DNA of 64,000 nucleotides from Armatimonadota bacterium (GTDB lineage: Bacteria > Armatimonadota > SYMT01), in contig JAWLHY010000007.1 in the NCBI GenBank assembly GCA_041690135.1, positions 128,001 through 192,000 of the forward strand. Reading direction: 5' to 3'. Every line of letters begins with the position of its first letter. The first letter of the stretch is position 1. This document shows positions 8,810 to 19,089 of the stretch, piece by piece. A model generated the notes under the pieces. That model had not been told where the DNA came from. It did no database searches and saw only the letters and a program-made list of their open reading frames with translations. The translations under genes were made by a program, and so were the position numbers.

Positions 8810-11266
8810 TTAATTGACGTACCGGAACTCGTTGGACGCGAACAGCGTCTGGGTGAACATCCGCCAGGCCTCGAGCCGGCGCTTTGCGGGATCAGGCTGC
8901 GTCGCCTCCAGGCGCCGTGAAAAGTCTTCGAGGTACTCGAGCGTCCGGCGCGTCTCCGTGGAAGACGGGGTACGCCCAAGCGTCCGGCGGTAGGCCAGTT
9001 CCACCCGCTGGACGTCATCCAGGTCGGGTGCGGAAAGCACCTCGTTCGCCATCCGCTCCGACTGATCAATCACGAAGGGGCTGTTGAGCATGACCAATGC
9101 CTGCGTCGAGACGGTGGTGACGGGGCGACGCCCGGTCACCACCTGCGGGTCGGCAAAGTCGAATGCCTCCAGCACGTCGTAAACCCCTCCGCGGATCACC
9201 GGCAGGTAAACGCTCCGGCGCTGACTGGCGAAGTCGATCTTCACTTCCTTTCCGGCCAGGCCGGTGTTCTTCGGCAGTAGAGACCCGCCCATGGAGGTGT
9301 CCAACTGTCCGCTGGAGGCGAGCATGGCATCCCGGATCGCTTCCGCTTCCAGGCGCCGCGGGCTCATCCGCCACAGCCACCGGTTCTCCGGATCCTTGGC
9401 ATAAGCTTCCGGCCTGGCGTCGCTGCTCATCTGGTAAGCAGCGCTGAGCATGATGAGGCGGTGCAGCTTCTTGAGGCTCCAACCGAGACCGGATTGGGAT
9501 GGGTTACTGGTGAACGTTGAGGCCAACCAGTCCAGCAACTCGGGGTGGGTCGGCTTTTCGCCGAGGAGGCCGAAGTTGTCGGGCGTAGGCACAATGCCCC
9601 GGCCGAAGTGGCCCTGCCATACACGGTTGACGATTACGCGTCCCGTGAGCGGGTGGGAGGGGCTCGCGATCCAATTCGCCAGTTCGAGACGGCCGCTGCG
9701 CTTGTCGGCCACCGGTGTGCCGGGACCGGCGCCCGGCATGGCTGGAATGCCGCGGTGCACTTCCTCCCCGAGGGTCTTGGGGTTCCCGCGGAGGTGCACC
9801 TTGACGTTCTGCGCCTCGCCTTCCTGGACCGCCATCACCAGTGGGGGAGCGGGAGGCGCCTGTGCCTGGAGCTTCTTCAGCTCCTCATTCAGCGCCTTCT
9901 TCTCTTCCGAATCCTTGCACTTGCGGATCCGGTTCTGCATGTCGCGGACCGTCTTGTTGTGCTCCTGCCAGGTCTGGACGACTTCCGGCTCGGCCAGTGG
10001 CCGCTCGTTCCAATACCACACGCGCCCGTTGCGGGGCAGGGTGCCGTTCATCGTCATCGTGCTCTTGAAGATGCCGGCGAGCGCGTAGTAATCCTTGGTG
10101 GAGACGGGATCGAACTTGTGGTCGTGACAGCGGGCACAGCTCACGGTCAGGCCCATGAAGCCTTTGGAGACGACATCGATCTGTTCGTCGACCACGTCCA
10201 TCACCAGCTTCAGGCGGTCCTGCTGGGCCAGTAGCTTGGGTCCCATCACCAGCATACCGGTGGCCGTGATCCGCTCGTAGGTTTCCGCGTCCGTTTTCCC
10301 CGGCATCAGGTCGCCGGCGAGCTGCTCCCTGACGAACTGGTTATACGGCTTGTCCTCGTTGAAGCTCTCGATCACGTAGTCCCGGTACCGGTGGGCGTAC
10401 GCGAACACCTCGTTCCAATCCAGGCCGTTCGAATCGGAATAGCGGACGACGTCGAGCCAATGCCGCCCCCAGCGCTCGCCGTAACGCGACGAGGCGAGGA
10501 GCCGGTCGATCACTTTCTCCCAGGCGTTCGGGCTCTTGTCGTTGACGAACGCCTCGATCTCTTCGGGAGTCGGGGGAAGCCCCGTGAGATCGAAGGTCGC
10601 CCGGCGGATCAACGTGCGGCGGTCGGCGTAGCGATTAGGCTTGAGCCCCTGCTTCTCCAGGGATGCCGCCACGAAGGCGTCGATCGGGTTCTTCACCCAC
10701 CAGCGGCTCTTCACGCTGGGGACCGCAGGCCGCTTGGCTGGTTGGAAGGACCAGTGCGCCTGGGCTTTGAGCTTTGGGCTTTGCGCTTTGGGACCACTGC
10801 CGGCTGCTTTGTCCTTCGGCGATTCAATGCCCCAGGGAGCCCCGCGCCGGACCCATTCCTCCAGGATCTGGATCTGTTCCGGGGCCATCTTGCCCTGGGG
10901 AGGCATCTTCACGGAGTGCTGGAAACGTACCACTTGCACGAGGAGGCTGCCGTCCGGATCTCCGGGCTTGATCGAGGGCCCCAGCACGCCGCCCTTCAGA
11001 ATATCGGAGCGCGTGCGGAGGTTCAGACCGCCCTGCGCCTTGGGGGCGGAGTGGCAGGCAAAGCATTTCTCCGCCAGCAACGGACGGACCTTGGCCTCGA
11101 AGAACTCGAGGTCGCGAGCGTCCGTCACGGCGCTCTGTCCCATGGGGACAGGCACGGCGGCCGGCCTGGGAACGGCCGGTGGCGGGCCGGCTGGCGCGGC
11201 CAACGCGGCCAGCCCGGTCCCACCCACTCCAGCGATCGCAGCGATCCAGATGCCTTTGTATTTCAT
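8810..11266 (-). CDS. PSD1 / Planctomycete cytochrome c (DUF1549-DUF1553) protein
   Basis: CFACH and CARCHDHKFDP heme motifs, YGERWGRHWLD, PTHPELLDWLA; start could be 11326. Confidence 0.92.
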   Translation of the reverse strand: MKYKGIWIAAIAGVGGTGLAALAAPAGPPPAVPRPAAVPVPMGQSAVTDARDLEFFEAKVRPLLAEKCFACHSAPKAQGGLNLRTRSDILKGGVLGPSIKPGDPDGSLLVQVVRFQHSVKMPPQGKMAPEQIQILEEWVRRGAPWGIESPKDKAAGSGPKAQSPKLKAQAHWSFQPAKRPAVPSVKSRWWVKNPIDAFVAASLEKQGLKPNRYADRRTLIRRATFDLTGLPPTPEEIEAFVNDKSPNAWEKVIDRLLASSRYGERWGRHWLDVVRYSDSNGLDWNEVFAYAHRYRDYVIESFNEDKPYNQFVREQLAGDLMPGKTDAETYERITATGMLVMGPKLLAQQDRLKLVMDVVDEQIDVVSKGFMGLTVSCARCHDHKFDPVSTKDYYALAGIFKSTMTMNGTLPRNGRVWYWNERPLAEPEVVQTWQEHNKTVRDMQNRIRKCKDSEEKKALNEELKKLQAQAPPAPPLVMAVQEGEAQNVKVHLRGNPKTLGEEVHRGIPAMPGAGPGTPVADKRSGRLELANWIASPSHPLTGRVIVNRVWQGHFGRGIVPTPDNFGLLGEKPTHPELLDWLASTFTSNPSQSGLGWSLKKLHRLIMLSAAYQMSSDARPEAYAKDPENRWLWRMSPRRLEAEAIRDAMLASSGQLDTSMGGSLLPKNTGLAGKEVKIDFASQRRSVYLPVIRGGVYDVLEAFDFADPQVVTGRRPVTTVSTQALVMLNSPFVIDQSERMANEVLSAPDLDDVQRVELAYRRTLGRTPSSTETRRTLEYLEDFSRRLEATQPDPAKRRLEAWRMFTQTLFASNEFRYVN

Positions 11267-11338
11267 AACTTCCGTAGCTTCTTTTGCGCGCGAGGTCCGT
11301 CCGCCTTTGGGTGAACCTCTTCTCATGGATTGACACGG

Positions 11339-12406
11339 CTACCGCCGCAGGGTTGCGGCCTCAACCGGTGGCGCCTCACCCGTTCGGGGGGCGAGAGAAG
11401 GCGCCGAGTCTTCTTCCCCAATACGCAGCAGTTCGGGGAGCAGGCGTACGGGTTTCTTCTCTCCCGTCCCCGATAGGATGCCCAGGAACATCTCTGCCGC
11501 CCGCCGCCCAATGGCCGTCAGGTCCGTACCGAAAAACCACGTGCCGGGTTCGTAGAGCCAGGCGCTTGTTACCGAACCCACCACGTAGAGTTCGAAGTCC
11601 CGGCCCACCTGGCGACCCGCGTCGCGCAGGGCATCGGTTACGCCTACCGCGGCCTGCTCGTGGAGACACACGACGGCGGTAGGCCCTCCGCCCGCCGTGA
11701 GCCAGGGGAGAACCTGGCGATGGGCATCCCGGCGGACGGTGGACTCCACTCGCCAGCGCTGCGGGTCGATCCCCAACTTCGGAGCTGTTTCCGCCCAGGT
11801 CCGGCGGATGAGCCGGAAGTAGTCTCCCTTGGAGCCCCCCAGCACCAGCGCCACCTCGCGGTGACCTCGCAGGGATAACTGCTGCAGCGCCGTAACGATC
11901 ATGCCCTCGGCATCATGCGCAACGCTGGGAAGGGTTGGGTCCGGGCACTGGCCGATGACGACGAAGGGAGCGTCCAGCGCGTGCAACGAGCTCCAGAACG
12001 GCTCCTCTTCCGCCGTGACACGCAGCAGTCCGCCATCGCACGTGCCGGCGGCCACGCGCTCCGCCAGAATACCGGGCATGCGGGCCGTGTCCGGCGCAAT
12101 CTCGAGCAGCAGCCGGTAATCCTGCAGGGAGAGCGTGTCCGCTACCCCCGCAACCACCCGCTCTTCGAGGATGGGAGCGCCGTTGATGGCCTTTCGGGGG
12201 CTGACGTAGACGGCCTGATGAGCCACGCGCGAACGCAATGCCTGCGCGGAAGCGTTGGGCCGGTAACCGAGCCGCCGGGCCGTTTCGAGGATTTGCTCCC
12301 GGGTGTTAGGGCTCACGCGCCCGCGCGGGCGTCCCTGGAGGACGTCCGACACCACGGTCTGGGATACCCCTACCGCCCGAGCAATATCTTTCTGGGTAAT
12401 CGGCAT
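11339..12406 (-). CDS. LacI family transcriptional regulator
   Basis: ITQKDIARAVGVSQTVVS HTH, LGYRPNASAQALR; TTGACA-18-CATAAT promoter at 12463-12492. Confidence 0.9.
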   Translation of the reverse strand: MPITQKDIARAVGVSQTVVSDVLQGRPRGRVSPNTREQILETARRLGYRPNASAQALRSRVAHQAVYVSPRKAINGAPILEERVVAGVADTLSLQDYRLLLEIAPDTARMPGILAERVAAGTCDGGLLRVTAEEEPFWSSLHALDAPFVVIGQCPDPTLPSVAHDAEGMIVTALQQLSLRGHREVALVLGGSKGDYFRLIRRTWAETAPKLGIDPQRWRVESTVRRDAHRQVLPWLTAGGGPTAVVCLHEQAAVGVTDALRDAGRQVGRDFELYVVGSVTSAWLYEPGTWFFGTDLTAIGRRAAEMFLGILSGTGEKKPVRLLPELLRIGEEDSAPSLAPRTGEAPPVEAATLRR

Positions 12407-12540
12407 CAGTGGTCCACACTGACCGTAGGGCTTGCCCATACGTAAAGGCAGGAGCCAAGTGTATTATGTGATGCAGGACGGGCCCCTGTCAAGCGGTTCG
12501 GAAAGCGGATGTGGGCAGACCGGCTGGGGTCCCCGGCCCC

Positions 12541-13875
12541 TTAATGCGGCGCTTCGAGTGATTCTTCCACGGCCTCTCCTTCCCGGTGGTCCATCAGCAC
12601 CGCGGGGAGGAACGGCACGGCGATGAGTACGGAAGCCGTAGTGGCCGTGTTCACCCACACCAGGTTGGAGAACGTGAGGCCCCAGGAGGAGTACATCAGG
12701 GAGCCGATGTAATCGGAGAACTTGTGGGTGAAGTTCCACACGCTCATCATCACGCAATAGCCGAGGGCCTCGCTGCCGCGCGGGGTGGCGCGGGCGGCGA
12801 GGTCGTAGAGCGGGAGGAGGGCGATTACGAGCGTCATTCCCTCGATAATGGTGACCGCAATGGCGCTTTCCCACGAGCGGTAGAACAGGTAAAACGGCAC
12901 CGCCACGGCATGGCAGACGATACTCGCGGCGAGGAGCTGCCGGAGGTTGAACCCGCGGCAGACGCGCCCGTAGATGAACGCCCCGCACAGGCCCCCCAGG
13001 GCGGAGAGGACCTTCAGCGCGCCGACTTGCCACGCCTCGAACTTGAGCACGTCGCGCTGGAAGTAAAGCAAGGGGGTATTGAAGCCGGGAGAGATGATGA
13101 CCAGAATCACCAGCGCGGCGGCCGACCACAGGGTCTTCGACCGAATGACCACCTTGAGCTGGCGCCCCACTTCGGCCAGCGCCTTGTCATCCCGCTTGGC
13201 GGTGGGGGCTTCTTTGAGGCGACTGTAGAAGAACGGAATGAGCAGCGAGGTAAAGGCGACGCATAAGTAGGTGGTGAATGCGTAGGCGTGTTTCTGTAAG
13301 AACCCCACCGCCCCAAAGCCGATGACCTCGGTCAACCGCACAATCCCCAGCCGCTGCGCGCTGAGCCTTCCCGTCGACTGATCGCGCTTGCCGATCTCGA
13401 CCATGACCCCCCCGAGCACGGTACTCGTCAGGGTGGTGAAGATGCTCATGCAGAAATAGGCCACCAGCAGCGGCGTGAACTGGCGCGGGACGACTCCGAG
13501 CAGGAAATAGGAGAGCGCCGAGCCGGCCAGCCCCAGGAGCAGGTAGTGGCGTCGCCGGGTGCCGCAGAGGGGAACCGCATCGGAGAGAATGCCCGCGAAC
13601 GGCTTGATGTAGATGGGAATGCTGGCGACGAGGAGGAACGCGGAAAGATGATCGGCGCTTAGCTTCAGCGTCTCTTTGAGCAGAAACTGGAAGGGCGTCT
13701 CGTTGAGGGCGAGCGCCAGTCCGGTCCCGATCCAGCCGGCGCCGACGAGGAACTCGTCCGGATTGATGCCGCTCTTGGCGGTGGGGCCCGCCAGCTCGAT
13801 TGCGCCGTTGCTCTGGGCCGCGCCGGAAGGGGCGGCGGGGAGAGCTTCATCCGCGGAGACCGGTACTTCTGCCAT
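12541..13875 (-). CDS. MFS transporter (BT1/folate-biopterin-like)
   Basis: IKPFAGILSDAVPLCGTRRRHYL; about 12 TM segments. Confidence 0.85.
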   Translation of the reverse strand: MAEVPVSADEALPAAPSGAAQSNGAIELAGPTAKSGINPDEFLVGAGWIGTGLALALNETPFQFLLKETLKLSADHLSAFLLVASIPIYIKPFAGILSDAVPLCGTRRRHYLLLGLAGSALSYFLLGVVPRQFTPLLVAYFCMSIFTTLTSTVLGGVMVEIGKRDQSTGRLSAQRLGIVRLTEVIGFGAVGFLQKHAYAFTTYLCVAFTSLLIPFFYSRLKEAPTAKRDDKALAEVGRQLKVVIRSKTLWSAAALVILVIISPGFNTPLLYFQRDVLKFEAWQVGALKVLSALGGLCGAFIYGRVCRGFNLRQLLAASIVCHAVAVPFYLFYRSWESAIAVTIIEGMTLVIALLPLYDLAARATPRGSEALGYCVMMSVWNFTHKFSDYIGSLMYSSWGLTFSNLVWVNTATTASVLIAVPFLPAVLMDHREGEAVEESLEAPH

Positions 13876-14048
13876 CCAACACCTGCTTTCTGTCTGGTGC
13901 GGTAACGTTCAACCCCTTATAGCGAAGCCCCTGCCGCGAATGTGCGGTTGAACGAGACAAAGGTGTTGAGTTCCCGCTACCAAAGCAGCGGCGGAGGTGG
14001 CAAAGTGAGCTCCCCGGAAGTTCGGACGGTAGTCACTTCAAGGAAGGG

Positions 14049-16193
14049 CTACTCACTCCAGAGGCTGTTGAGCATGGCATCGACGGAAGCCTGGGCTGCG
14101 GGCGCCGCTTCAGGTTCGCTAGGCGCCTCCGTCCGACCCGCCTGCGCGGTGACACGGTCGTAAAGGGCGTGGGCGGCAGGCGGGATGAAGCGAGTCAACT
14201 GGGCGTAGCTGTGGCGGTCGGAACGACCGTAGCCGTGGTGGAAGTATCGGAGCGGGAAATACAGGCTTAGTGCGTTCCGCGCCCGGGTCATCGCCACGTA
14301 CAGGAGGCGCCGCTCCTCCTCGATCTCCTCCTGGCTGCCGGTGGCCATGTCGGAGGGGATCATGCCGTCCGCGACGTGGATGATGTGCACCGCGTCCCAC
14401 TCGCAGCCCTTTGCGGAGTGGATCGTGCTGAGGATCAGGTAGTCCTCGTCCAACAGGGGCGGCCCCGCCAGGTCCTGGGTCGAGTTCGGCGGATCGAGGG
14501 TGAGATCCGTGATGAACTGTCCCCGGCTCTGGTACCCGCCCGCGATCTGCTCCAACTGGTCGAGGTCCCGGAGACGGACTTCCGGGTTGTCGTACACTCG
14601 CTCGAAGATCGGCTCGTAGAACTTCCGGATCCGCTCGATCTGGGCTGCCGGGGTCAACTCGCTTTCACGCGGCAGGTCATCGGCACCGCTGATCAGATCA
14701 TTTGGATCTCCGGCCGTTGCACTGCGCTCCGCATCCCCCAGGCGGACCCCGAGGCAGTGGGCCAGGGTGAGACGTAGGGACTGGAACTCTTCTTCCGCGG
14801 CGGAGGGAATTGGAGGCGGAGTCCGGAACAACCGGTCCAGCGGGCTACCCACTGCTTCGCCTGGCGCGGCCTGATCGGGTTCTCGCCCCATCAGCGCGTC
14901 GATCGCCCGGCGGGCGGTGACGGGACCGATCCCCTCCAGCAGTTGCAGCACCCGGTGCCAGCTCAGTTCGTCCGCGGGGTTCTCCAGCACCCGCAGGATC
15001 GCCAGCATGTCCTTGACGTGGGCCGCTTCGACGAACTTCAGCCCGCCGTACTTCACGAACGGGATGTTGCGGCGGTTCAACTCCACTTCCAGTTGATCGC
15101 TGTGGTGTCCCGCGCGGAACAGGACCGCCTGCTCGCGGAGCGCCGTCCCCTGCTCGTACAGTTCCAGCACGCGGTCGCACACCTCGGTGCATTGCTCCGG
15201 CTCGTCCCGGCACGTGACGATCGCCGGCTTGCGGACACCGCCGCGGTGGGTGAACAGGTTCTTGGTGTACCGCTCCCGCGCCTCCTCCATCACGGCGTTG
15301 GAGGCGTCCAGAATCGGCTGGAGCGAGCGGTAGTTCTGCTCCAGCTTGACCACTTCGGCGCCGGGGAACTGCTGGGGGAAATCGAGGATGTTGCGCACCG
15401 TGGCGGCCCGGAAGGAGTAGATCGACTGTGCGTCGTCACCGACGACCATGATCTCTTTCCGGGTGCGGCGCATCGACTGCAGGATCTCCGCCTGGATCAG
15501 GTTGGTGTCCTGGTACTCATCCACCAGGATGTGGTCGAAGCGGTCCGCCACCATTTCCCCGGTGCCCGGCGCCTGGCAGAGCGCGTGCCAGTAGAGGAGG
15601 AGGTCGTCGTAGTCGAGCACGTTCTGCGCGCGCTTCCGGCGAGTGTACTGTTCGAAGATTTGCCGGATGCCGTCGAGCTCCGGCTTGCACCACGGAAAGT
15701 GCTTCTCCACGACCTCGCCGAGCTTGGTTCGGCTGTTCACCGCGCGAGAATAGATGGCGACGAGCGTGTTCTTCTTCGGGAAGCGCTTCCGCGACTCCCC
15801 CAGGCCTAGCTCGGTACGGACCAGGTTCATCATGTCCGCAGCGTCTGCCTGGTCGATTACGGTGAATTCGACCGGCAGTCCCACCGCGCGCCCGTACTGG
15901 CGCAGCAGGCGGTTGGCCACGGCGTGGAAGGTTCCGCCCCATACCTGGCTGGTGGTGCCCTTGCCGGTGAGGCGGCCCGCGCGGGCCACCATCTCGGCGG
16001 CCGCGCGGCGGGTGAAGGTGAGGAGAAGGATCCGGTCGGGGGAAACGCTCTGTTCGACGAGCCACGCCACCCGCGAGGCCAGCGTCTTGGTCTTGCCGGT
16101 GCCGGCCCCCGCGATCACGAGGACCGGCCCCTGCGGGTGCGTGGCCGCCTGGCGCTGCTGGGGGTTCAGTTCATCGATCCATCGCGCGGGCAT
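14049..16193 (-). CDS. UvrD/PcrA/Rep family ATP-dependent helicase
   Basis: AGAGTGKT, LTFT, DEYQD, VGDDAQSIY, LEQNYRS, TIHSAKG, EERRLLYVAMTRA. Confidence 0.95.
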   Translation of the reverse strand: MPARWIDELNPQQRQAATHPQGPVLVIAGAGTGKTKTLASRVAWLVEQSVSPDRILLLTFTRRAAAEMVARAGRLTGKGTTSQVWGGTFHAVANRLLRQYGRAVGLPVEFTVIDQADAADMMNLVRTELGLGESRKRFPKKNTLVAIYSRAVNSRTKLGEVVEKHFPWCKPELDGIRQIFEQYTRRKRAQNVLDYDDLLLYWHALCQAPGTGEMVADRFDHILVDEYQDTNLIQAEILQSMRRTRKEIMVVGDDAQSIYSFRAATVRNILDFPQQFPGAEVVKLEQNYRSLQPILDASNAVMEEARERYTKNLFTHRGGVRKPAIVTCRDEPEQCTEVCDRVLELYEQGTALREQAVLFRAGHHSDQLEVELNRRNIPFVKYGGLKFVEAAHVKDMLAILRVLENPADELSWHRVLQLLEGIGPVTARRAIDALMGREPDQAAPGEAVGSPLDRLFRTPPPIPSAAEEEFQSLRLTLAHCLGVRLGDAERSATAGDPNDLISGADDLPRESELTPAAQIERIRKFYEPIFERVYDNPEVRLRDLDQLEQIAGGYQSRGQFITDLTLDPPNSTQDLAGPPLLDEDYLILSTIHSAKGCEWDAVHIIHVADGMIPSDMATGSQEEIEEERRLLYVAMTRARNALSLYFPLRYFHHGYGRSDRHSYAQLTRFIPPAAHALYDRVTAQAGRTEAPSEPEAAPAAQASVDAMLNSLWSE

Positions 16194-16289
16194 CCACGGT
16201 TCCTCCGGTCTCTTCCCCCGGCGCACGTCCGGGGGAAGAGCGCGGGAGGCTCGCTGGATAGCGAACAGATGCACCCATTATAGACGAAT

Positions 16290-17051
16290 TTAGCCTAGAT
16301 GCGGCTTCAGCAACTCCCGGAACCGGTTCACGACTTCCGGGGCGGCTGGGCCGCTCGCACCCGCGGCCAGGGCGTCCGCATTGAAGCGGACCTCATGGCG
16401 TACGCGATCCTTCTTGGCGAGGGAGCGCAGGAAGTCGCCCAGTGATTTCTCCTGCGGGTTGATTTCCATCGACCCGAACACCTCGCCGTTCGCCAGCGAG
16501 AGCTTCATCTGTACCCCATCCAGGTGCTTCTTGAGGTCCTTCGACGGGCGGAAGGTCAACTCGACGGTGTTGCCCTGGACGTGCGCGCCGAAGTGAGGAA
16601 ACGGCACGGCCTCCAGCATGGCCGCCACCGCGCCCCGGATGGGAGCGGGAAGCAGGAGATCGAACTTCCGCTTGCCATGCCGGTCGGCGGCCCGGGGGAC
16701 GCAGACGCGGGCCGCCACGCTCCAGTCATGCGACGGCTCGGCAATGGAGGGAACCGCGATTTCGAACGTCCACTCCCGCGCGTTGCCCGGCTCCAGCATC
16801 ACCTGCCGGTCGAGGATCAGCTCGTTGTGGTGGACGTAGTGGTCATCCGTGTCGCCCTCGGAATCGCGGGTCTCCCAGTGCTCTTCGACGCTCAGCTTGA
16901 TCTCCGAGGCGGTCTGCGCCACGCTTCCGCCTTCGACCCGGACGGTGCCCCGGATCACCTCTCCCCAGGAATAGCCATCCCCTTCGAGGGTGACCGTTAC
17001 TCCGGCCGCTCCGATCCCGGCCGCGGCTCCGATTTTGCGTAATAGACTCAT
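16290..17051 (-). CDS. Spo0M-like (arrestin-fold) protein
   Basis: MSLLRKIGAAAGIGAAGVTVTL, GEVIRGTVRVEGG. Confidence 0.7.
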   Translation of the reverse strand: MSLLRKIGAAAGIGAAGVTVTLEGDGYSWGEVIRGTVRVEGGSVAQTASEIKLSVEEHWETRDSEGDTDDHYVHHNELILDRQVMLEPGNAREWTFEIAVPSIAEPSHDWSVAARVCVPRAADRHGKRKFDLLLPAPIRGAVAAMLEAVPFPHFGAHVQGNTVELTFRPSKDLKKHLDGVQMKLSLANGEVFGSMEINPQEKSLGDFLRSLAKKDRVRHEVRFNADALAAGASGPAAPEVVNRFRELLKPHLG

Positions 17052-17062
17052 CTAAAGAACAA

Positions 17063-18610
17063 TCACTTTCTATCGATCACGATGCGCCCCTCTACGTCGG
17101 GGGCGACTTCTTTGCGGCTCCGGAGGTAGTTCTCCAGGCCGGCGACGAGCATGTTGCCCTGCTCGGGGCTCACCAGGACTCGCGCCTTGGCGAGCATCTG
17201 GTAGCCATCTCCGCCTTCCAGCAGGTAATCGTTCGTGGCGACCGTATACGTGCGGCCGGACTCCAGTGGTTTTCCCTGCACCCGCACATCCCGGACTCGC
17301 TGCCCCGTCGGGGCGGAGGCATCGATCCGGAAGGTGAGACCGGAGACCTGCGGGAAGCGGCCCAGGGCCTCCGGCAGGCGTCCTACGCCGTGGTTCAGGG
17401 CCTCGAGGAGCACGGCGCCTGTGACCTCCACCTTGGCGATGACTCCGCCGAATGGGTGCATCGCCACCAGGTCGCGCCGGGTCAACTTGCCGGCGGGGTA
17501 GACCCGGTTGCCACGGATGCTCCCGGAGTTCAGAAGCGCGACATCCGCCTCCACATCGGCCCGCATGGCGTCGGCCATCAGGTTCCCAAGATTGGTCTCG
17601 GAAGAGCGGACCTTCTCCTCGATGCCGTCCAGAGGAGTGCGGGTGGTCGCCACCACCTGGTCCATTTCCTTGCTCAGGCGCGCCTCGTAGTCCGCCGCAA
17701 TGCGGGCCGTCTCCGGCTCCTCCGGGAGGGCAGGGGTAATCGGCACCAGCTCGTGGTGGCGCTCCAGGTCGTCGCGGCGCTTCGCGCGGTTCAGGTCGAT
17801 CCGCGCGACGAAGCGGGCGTCCGAGCCGGCCTTGCTGATCAGCGTCCGGTCCACCACGGAGGTGATCGGGAAGTGATCGTGGCCCCCGATGATCACGTCG
17901 ATCTGCGGGAACCGCTGTGCCAGCCGGCGGTCGTCCGCATAGTCCAGATGCGTGAGCGCCACGATGGTGTCCGCTCCCTTCTGCTTCAGGACCGGCAGCA
18001 GGCGGGCCGCCGCGGCGAACGGGTCCTCGATGCGGATGCCCTGGCGCCGGTCCGGGCTGATCTCGCTGCCGGGGAGCAGCAAGCCCAGGTAGCCGACCGT
18101 GAGCGGACCGTACTTCCGGATCACGTAGGGGGCGGCTCCTTCCAGGGGCTTGCCCGTTTTCTCATCCGTGACGTTGGAGACCACCCACTGCCACTTCGCC
18201 TCGCGCATCCGCTGCCGGAGCACGTCGGGGCCGAAGTCGAACTCGTGATTGCCCAGGGTCGCCAGGTCCAGGCCGGCGGCGTTCAGGGCGTCGACCATCT
18301 GCTGCCCCTTGAACACCGTGGAGGCCACGGAGGGGGAGAGAAAGTCGCCGGCAAGCACCAGCACGGGAGTCTTGCCGGCGGCGGCGAGCTGCTTCTTCAG
18401 CGCGGCCACGCGCGCGAGGCCGCCCGCCTTGCCGTTGTCCACGGGCACGGCCGAGTAGACATCGTTGATCTGCAAGAAGGTGACTGCCGAGCCGGCCCGG
18501 ACCGACTCTCCGTCGTCACCGTGGGCGACGCCGAGGCCCAGGGTCGCGAAGAGGGCAAGTAAGAGGGTTGGAAAGAGCGTCGCGAGTGTCTTCGGTTTGG
18601 GAAACTTCAT
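17063..18610 (-). CDS. Bifunctional 5'-nucleotidase / metallophosphoesterase
   Basis: QINDVY, AGDFLSPS, LGNHEFDFG, GGHDH, ETNLGNLMADAM, NSGSIR. Confidence 0.93.
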   Translation of the reverse strand: MKFPKPKTLATLFPTLLLALFATLGLGVAHGDDGESVRAGSAVTFLQINDVYSAVPVDNGKAGGLARVAALKKQLAAAGKTPVLVLAGDFLSPSVASTVFKGQQMVDALNAAGLDLATLGNHEFDFGPDVLRQRMREAKWQWVVSNVTDEKTGKPLEGAAPYVIRKYGPLTVGYLGLLLPGSEISPDRRQGIRIEDPFAAAARLLPVLKQKGADTIVALTHLDYADDRRLAQRFPQIDVIIGGHDHFPITSVVDRTLISKAGSDARFVARIDLNRAKRRDDLERHHELVPITPALPEEPETARIAADYEARLSKEMDQVVATTRTPLDGIEEKVRSSETNLGNLMADAMRADVEADVALLNSGSIRGNRVYPAGKLTRRDLVAMHPFGGVIAKVEVTGAVLLEALNHGVGRLPEALGRFPQVSGLTFRIDASAPTGQRVRDVRVQGKPLESGRTYTVATNDYLLEGGDGYQMLAKARVLVSPEQGNMLVAGLENYLRSRKEVAPDVEGRIVIDRK

Positions 18611-18726
18611 CAGTACACAGGGTGGTGCCCGTCCTCCAACAGCGCGAGCAGGAGGCCCGGCTGGCAGGACGACGACACGACAAACATTACCCAATTTAGT
18701 ACTGTCGGGTTCCCCGAGGATGAATC

Positions 18727-18758
18727 AAAGCGGGGGCGGCGACGAATCGCTGCCCCCG
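18727..18758 (-). terminator. Terminator after the small Cys-rich peptide gene
   Basis: cgggggcggcga-cgaa-tcgctgcccccg hairpin followed by CTTT on the minus strand. Confidence 0.65.
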
Positions 18759-18787
18759 TTCCCCTACCTGTTACCGACCCGCACGCC

Positions 18788-18976
18788 TTACGCCGGTGCG
18801 GTGCTCCCTGCTTCCGGATTTGCGCTGCCGGCCAGCGTGTCCGGATGGGTGCAGGCATAGAGCTTCTCCGGCTCGGTCTGGATCAGATCACACGACTCCG
18901 TGGGGGTGCCGAGGCTCTCGCAGGAATCGTGTTGAGACACGCCGCATTGCGGCTCTCCGTGAGTGTGTTGTGCCAC
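18788..18976 (-). CDS. Small Cys-rich acidic peptide (62 aa)
   Basis: GTG start with GGAAAGG RBS 7 nt upstream; 4 Cys; followed by a terminator. Confidence 0.6.
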   Translation of the reverse strand: MAQHTHGEPQCGVSQHDSCESLGTPTESCDLIQTEPEKLYACTHPDTLAGSANPEAGSTAPA

Positions 18977-19089
18977 TTCAGTGCCTTTCCGTTTGGTTTC
19001 ACGACGGCGGATGTTGGATGTGGCTCTCGCGCCCGGATTACCCGCGTGATTTTTACGATCTACCGCAGTTTCCGCGGAGATTCGAAAAG

